Positions 61,401 through 64,000 of a stretch of DNA of 64,000 nucleotides are shown piece after piece. The stretch comes from Bilabrum cf. latius (taxonomy: Eukaryota). The notes below the pieces were generated by a model, which worked only from the letters and a program-made list of their open reading frames with translations, was not told the origin of the DNA and did not search any database. The first letter of the stretch is position 1, and the number at the start of each line of letters is the position of its first letter. The DNA lies in the NCBI GenBank assembly GCA_965178125.1, contig OZ237737.1, positions 1,240,001 through 1,304,000 on the forward strand, written 5' to 3'. The translations under genes and the position numbers were made by a program.

Positions 61401-64000
61401 GCAGTCCGCGAGAGGCTTGGCGGGACGGCTGCATCCAGCAAGGGTGGAAATGCAGACAAGGGAGCCAAGGGTGCGAGCGGAGGGAGCGCTGACTCGCAGC
61501 ATAGTGGTCCAGCATCCCAAGTCCAAGGCTTAGAATCAGCAAGCCCGCCTGCAAATGAAATAAATAGTGCTAGAGTTGCCGGAAGCCGTGATGGCGGAGC
61601 GAGCGGCTCTACATCCAGAGGAGTGTCTTCTCCTAGGTCAGGCTTTCGAGGTATCACTGACGCTGGCAAGGAAGTGCGTCCCGCTAGCGCTGGATCTGGT
61701 ACGGCAGGCTCAAGCGCCACAGCGTAGTAGCAGGCCGGTGCCGGTGCATCTCGGAAGACATCAAAATGGGAAATCGTGCAGCTGCAAGGGCCTGAGTTGC
61801 AGCCAACAGAACGCGTGCCTGGCGCACACAGTGGCAGAAGTGCATTGAGCTTCGATTCCTCCGGCCAGCACCAGGAAATGCGTCACCCTGAAGGGGTCGA
61901 GGTCACTGGTCCATACCCCGGCGCGGTAAGAGCTAGCGGAGTTGAACATCGTGTCCAAGGCGCAGCACGCGGTGACGGAGTGGGAGGCGATGACGGCTCT
62001 TCAGGCGGCAGTAGAGGTGCGAGCGGCCAGGCAGGACCGCAGATCGTTGAGTTGGGCCATTCTACGAGTCACGACGGCGTAGCAAGCGTTCCGCATAACC
62101 AAGGCGCTGTTCTAAGGACACTTGTCGGGACCCGTGCAAGGCTCCGCAGACTCACTGCTGTTGAGCTTGCCTCCCTCCCCGGCGTATACGGCCGGGTGCT
62201 TGGGCTAGGCATGGCTGCCAGAGCGCGACACCTTGGGAAAGTGGGCAGAATCAGCATGATTCTTCGCTCTCTTGGTACTGTGCATTTGTTGCTGCAGCGT
62301 GCCAAGTATTGCCACAGGAACGGATCGGCAGCTCGCCTGTTTGCAGTTGGCTTCGCCCTAATGTAGCACAGGAAACGACGCCTGTTCGCAGTTGCCTCTC
62401 GCGCAATGGCCCTTGGAGCTTTCGTCGCGGAGCACAGATGGCGCGTTGAGGCCAGAGAGAGGCGAAAGCACGTGCTCCTCAAGAAGGTGAGGGCAATGGG
62501 GGCCAAGGCAGCCAAGACACTCATGCAGAGGCGCTAGAAGAAGGCCAAAGGCGGCAAGGCACAGCAGGGGCAGAACCCCGACGACGATTTGCTTGCGTCT
62601 CTTGCGCTCACCAAGAATGTCAATTGGGACGTTGTTGACGAGGTGAGGGGTTCACTCTGGGACCAGCACCGCCGCGTGGTGCGCCCCAAGCATAACGCCG
62701 ATGGCGTAGAAGCCATGGGCGACTCAGACTCGGACGAGAGGGAGGGAGAGGGGGATAATGGTGCCGGCAGCCGGGATCTGGAGCAGGCAAAGAAATCTGG
62801 AATGACCTGGATGGATGCGTTCGGGCTCGACACGGACGGCACTCCGTACGATGTGTCTCCAGATAGCATCCTTCGGAACCTGCTTCGGCAATCTGCAGCG
62901 CATTACAGGTCAGAGGCAGCCGCTTCTAACGCCCCTGCGAACGTGACTCCACGAGTACAGCTGGCGGCTGCTGCGTCTCCACCAGACGGAGGTCACATTC
63001 AGCACTCTCGTCGCATGTCGCAGTTCACAAGGTCCGACAACGCAGCTGCCCTCCTGGAACTCAAGCAGCTGCCCACTCCTGCCCGAGGCCAGCGCAGAGG
63101 TGCAGGCGCTACAGGAGGCATGAAGTCGCCGGGGCAGGCCGCGGCAATCGTAGCCCAGACGGCAGACGAGATCACGCAGCTTGTGTCGCACCCTGCCTAG
63201 CTACGGCTCTCTGCGCGCTTGTTTCCTGATCTCATGGACGAGTTCGGAGTTCAGATGAAGGAGTCGAGTTCCCGACGGTCCACATCGGCAGCCGGAGGGG
63301 GCGCCTCCACGCCTCGGGCTGGCCGCAAGAGTGAGGTAGTTAAACGGCTATTTGATGACGGGGATGCCAAGCAAATGGACATAGCGCTCATGCGAATCCT
63401 GCAGCAACACGAAAAGCAAGTAGCAGAAGAGAGTGGCGATACAAGGAAGGCGCGTAGGAAGGGTGCTTCATTCAGCTCGCCGGGCGCGATCGAGACACCA
63501 TACGATTGGATTGCCTGTGCGCTGCAATCTGCGGACTTGGAGGCCTTGGGTGGGATGGAGGTGGTGGAAGCGCTCCTACGGATGCCTTGCTGGGACCGTC
63601 GCCTCGCTGACATCGTCAAGGCCCACGTGGCGAGGCAGCGGAGTCTCACCGCTGATGGCGCGCAGTACGACGTTGGGGCCGATCGCGCATTTGGTCCGGC
63701 GGAGCTGTTCGTCCTGTCTGTTCCCCTCGGAGTGTCGCAGGCGCAACAAAAGCTCAAGTGCTTGCAGTTCGTGGGCGGAGTCTCTGAATCTATTCAGCAC
63801 CTCCACGTCCCAGTGTCACGACTGCAGCGAGCCTGCAACGAGGTACTGCAAAGCCCCAGGCTGGTCGTCCTTCTTCGCGATGTGATGCTCCCAGCCGGCA
63901 ATGCTCTCAACACGCATTCTTCCAAGGCAGCTGCGTCTGGTATCAAGCTGTCGAGCCTGCCTGCTCTTGCCCGGACGCGCAGCAAGTCGAACGTGAGTCT
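58422..64000 (+). CDS. Large formin (FH2 domain) protein; 3' end outside the window
   Basis: ATG at 58422; one frame with about 17 TAGs. FH2 motifs TKNVNWDVV..GSLW, LFDDGDAKQMDIAL, FGPAELFV, ACNEVLQSPRL, LPAGNALN..ASGIKLSSLPALARTRS. Confidence 0.8.

Noticed and set aside
407-63985. Hundreds of overlapping or antisense ORFs in the supplied track
   Set aside because: They are shadow frames of GC-rich coding sequence with no motifs, and each overlaps a better-supported gene.
1-64000. Region of decayed pseudogenes, or RIP/deamination-type C-to-T damage
   Set aside because: Decay or CpA/CpG deamination would also create TAA (from CAA), TGA (from CGA) and frameshifts. Only TAG interrupts the frames, and catalytic motifs are intact.
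1-64000. Ciliate-type code (UAA and UAG both Gln), or UAG as pyrrolysine, Trp or Leu
   Set aside because: TAA never occurs inside exons and terminates two genes. TAG aligns with conserved Gln positions (PQG, QxGF) and is far too frequent for pyrrolysine.
1-64000. Prokaryotic or phage DNA, operons, CRISPR arrays, tRNA/rRNA genes
   Set aside because: Spliceosomal introns and eukaryote-specific domains (DENN, FH2, LisH) are present. I saw no repeat-spacer array and no recognisable tRNA or rRNA.

Overview
Gene-dense, GC-rich eukaryotic nuclear DNA with GT-AG introns, probably from a heterotrophic protist. The style resembles bicosoecid stramenopiles, but I cannot establish the taxon from this window. 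The main result is that the window does not use the standard genetic code. The fragmented ORF track merges into 12 long genes plus one retroelement once TAG is read as an amino acid. I counted about 100 in-frame TAG codons by hand and no in-frame TAA or TGA inside exons. Every gene end I could place is TGA or TAA. TAG falls on conserved Gln positions (reverse transcriptase QxGF and GxPQG, cadherin TGQI, dDENN TSQ), so UAG=Gln with UAA/UGA as stops is the best explanation. Under this code the genes are: a giant LCCL/sushi/cadherin/IPT surface protein, a trimethyllysine dioxygenase, a METTL21-type methyltransferase, a LisH-CTLH/WD40/DENN protein, a NACHT-like/coiled-coil protein, a multi-EF-hand protein, alpha-L-iduronidase, a purple acid phosphatase, pirin, an FH2 formin and a few hypothetical genes. 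The retroelement is an intact single-ORF APE+RT LINE that uses TAG at conserved motif positions. It has a structured 3' end with an 8-bp repeat tail, a second 3'-end copy inserted in tandem, and a 33-bp truncated relative with a 9-bp target-site duplication about 16 kb away.
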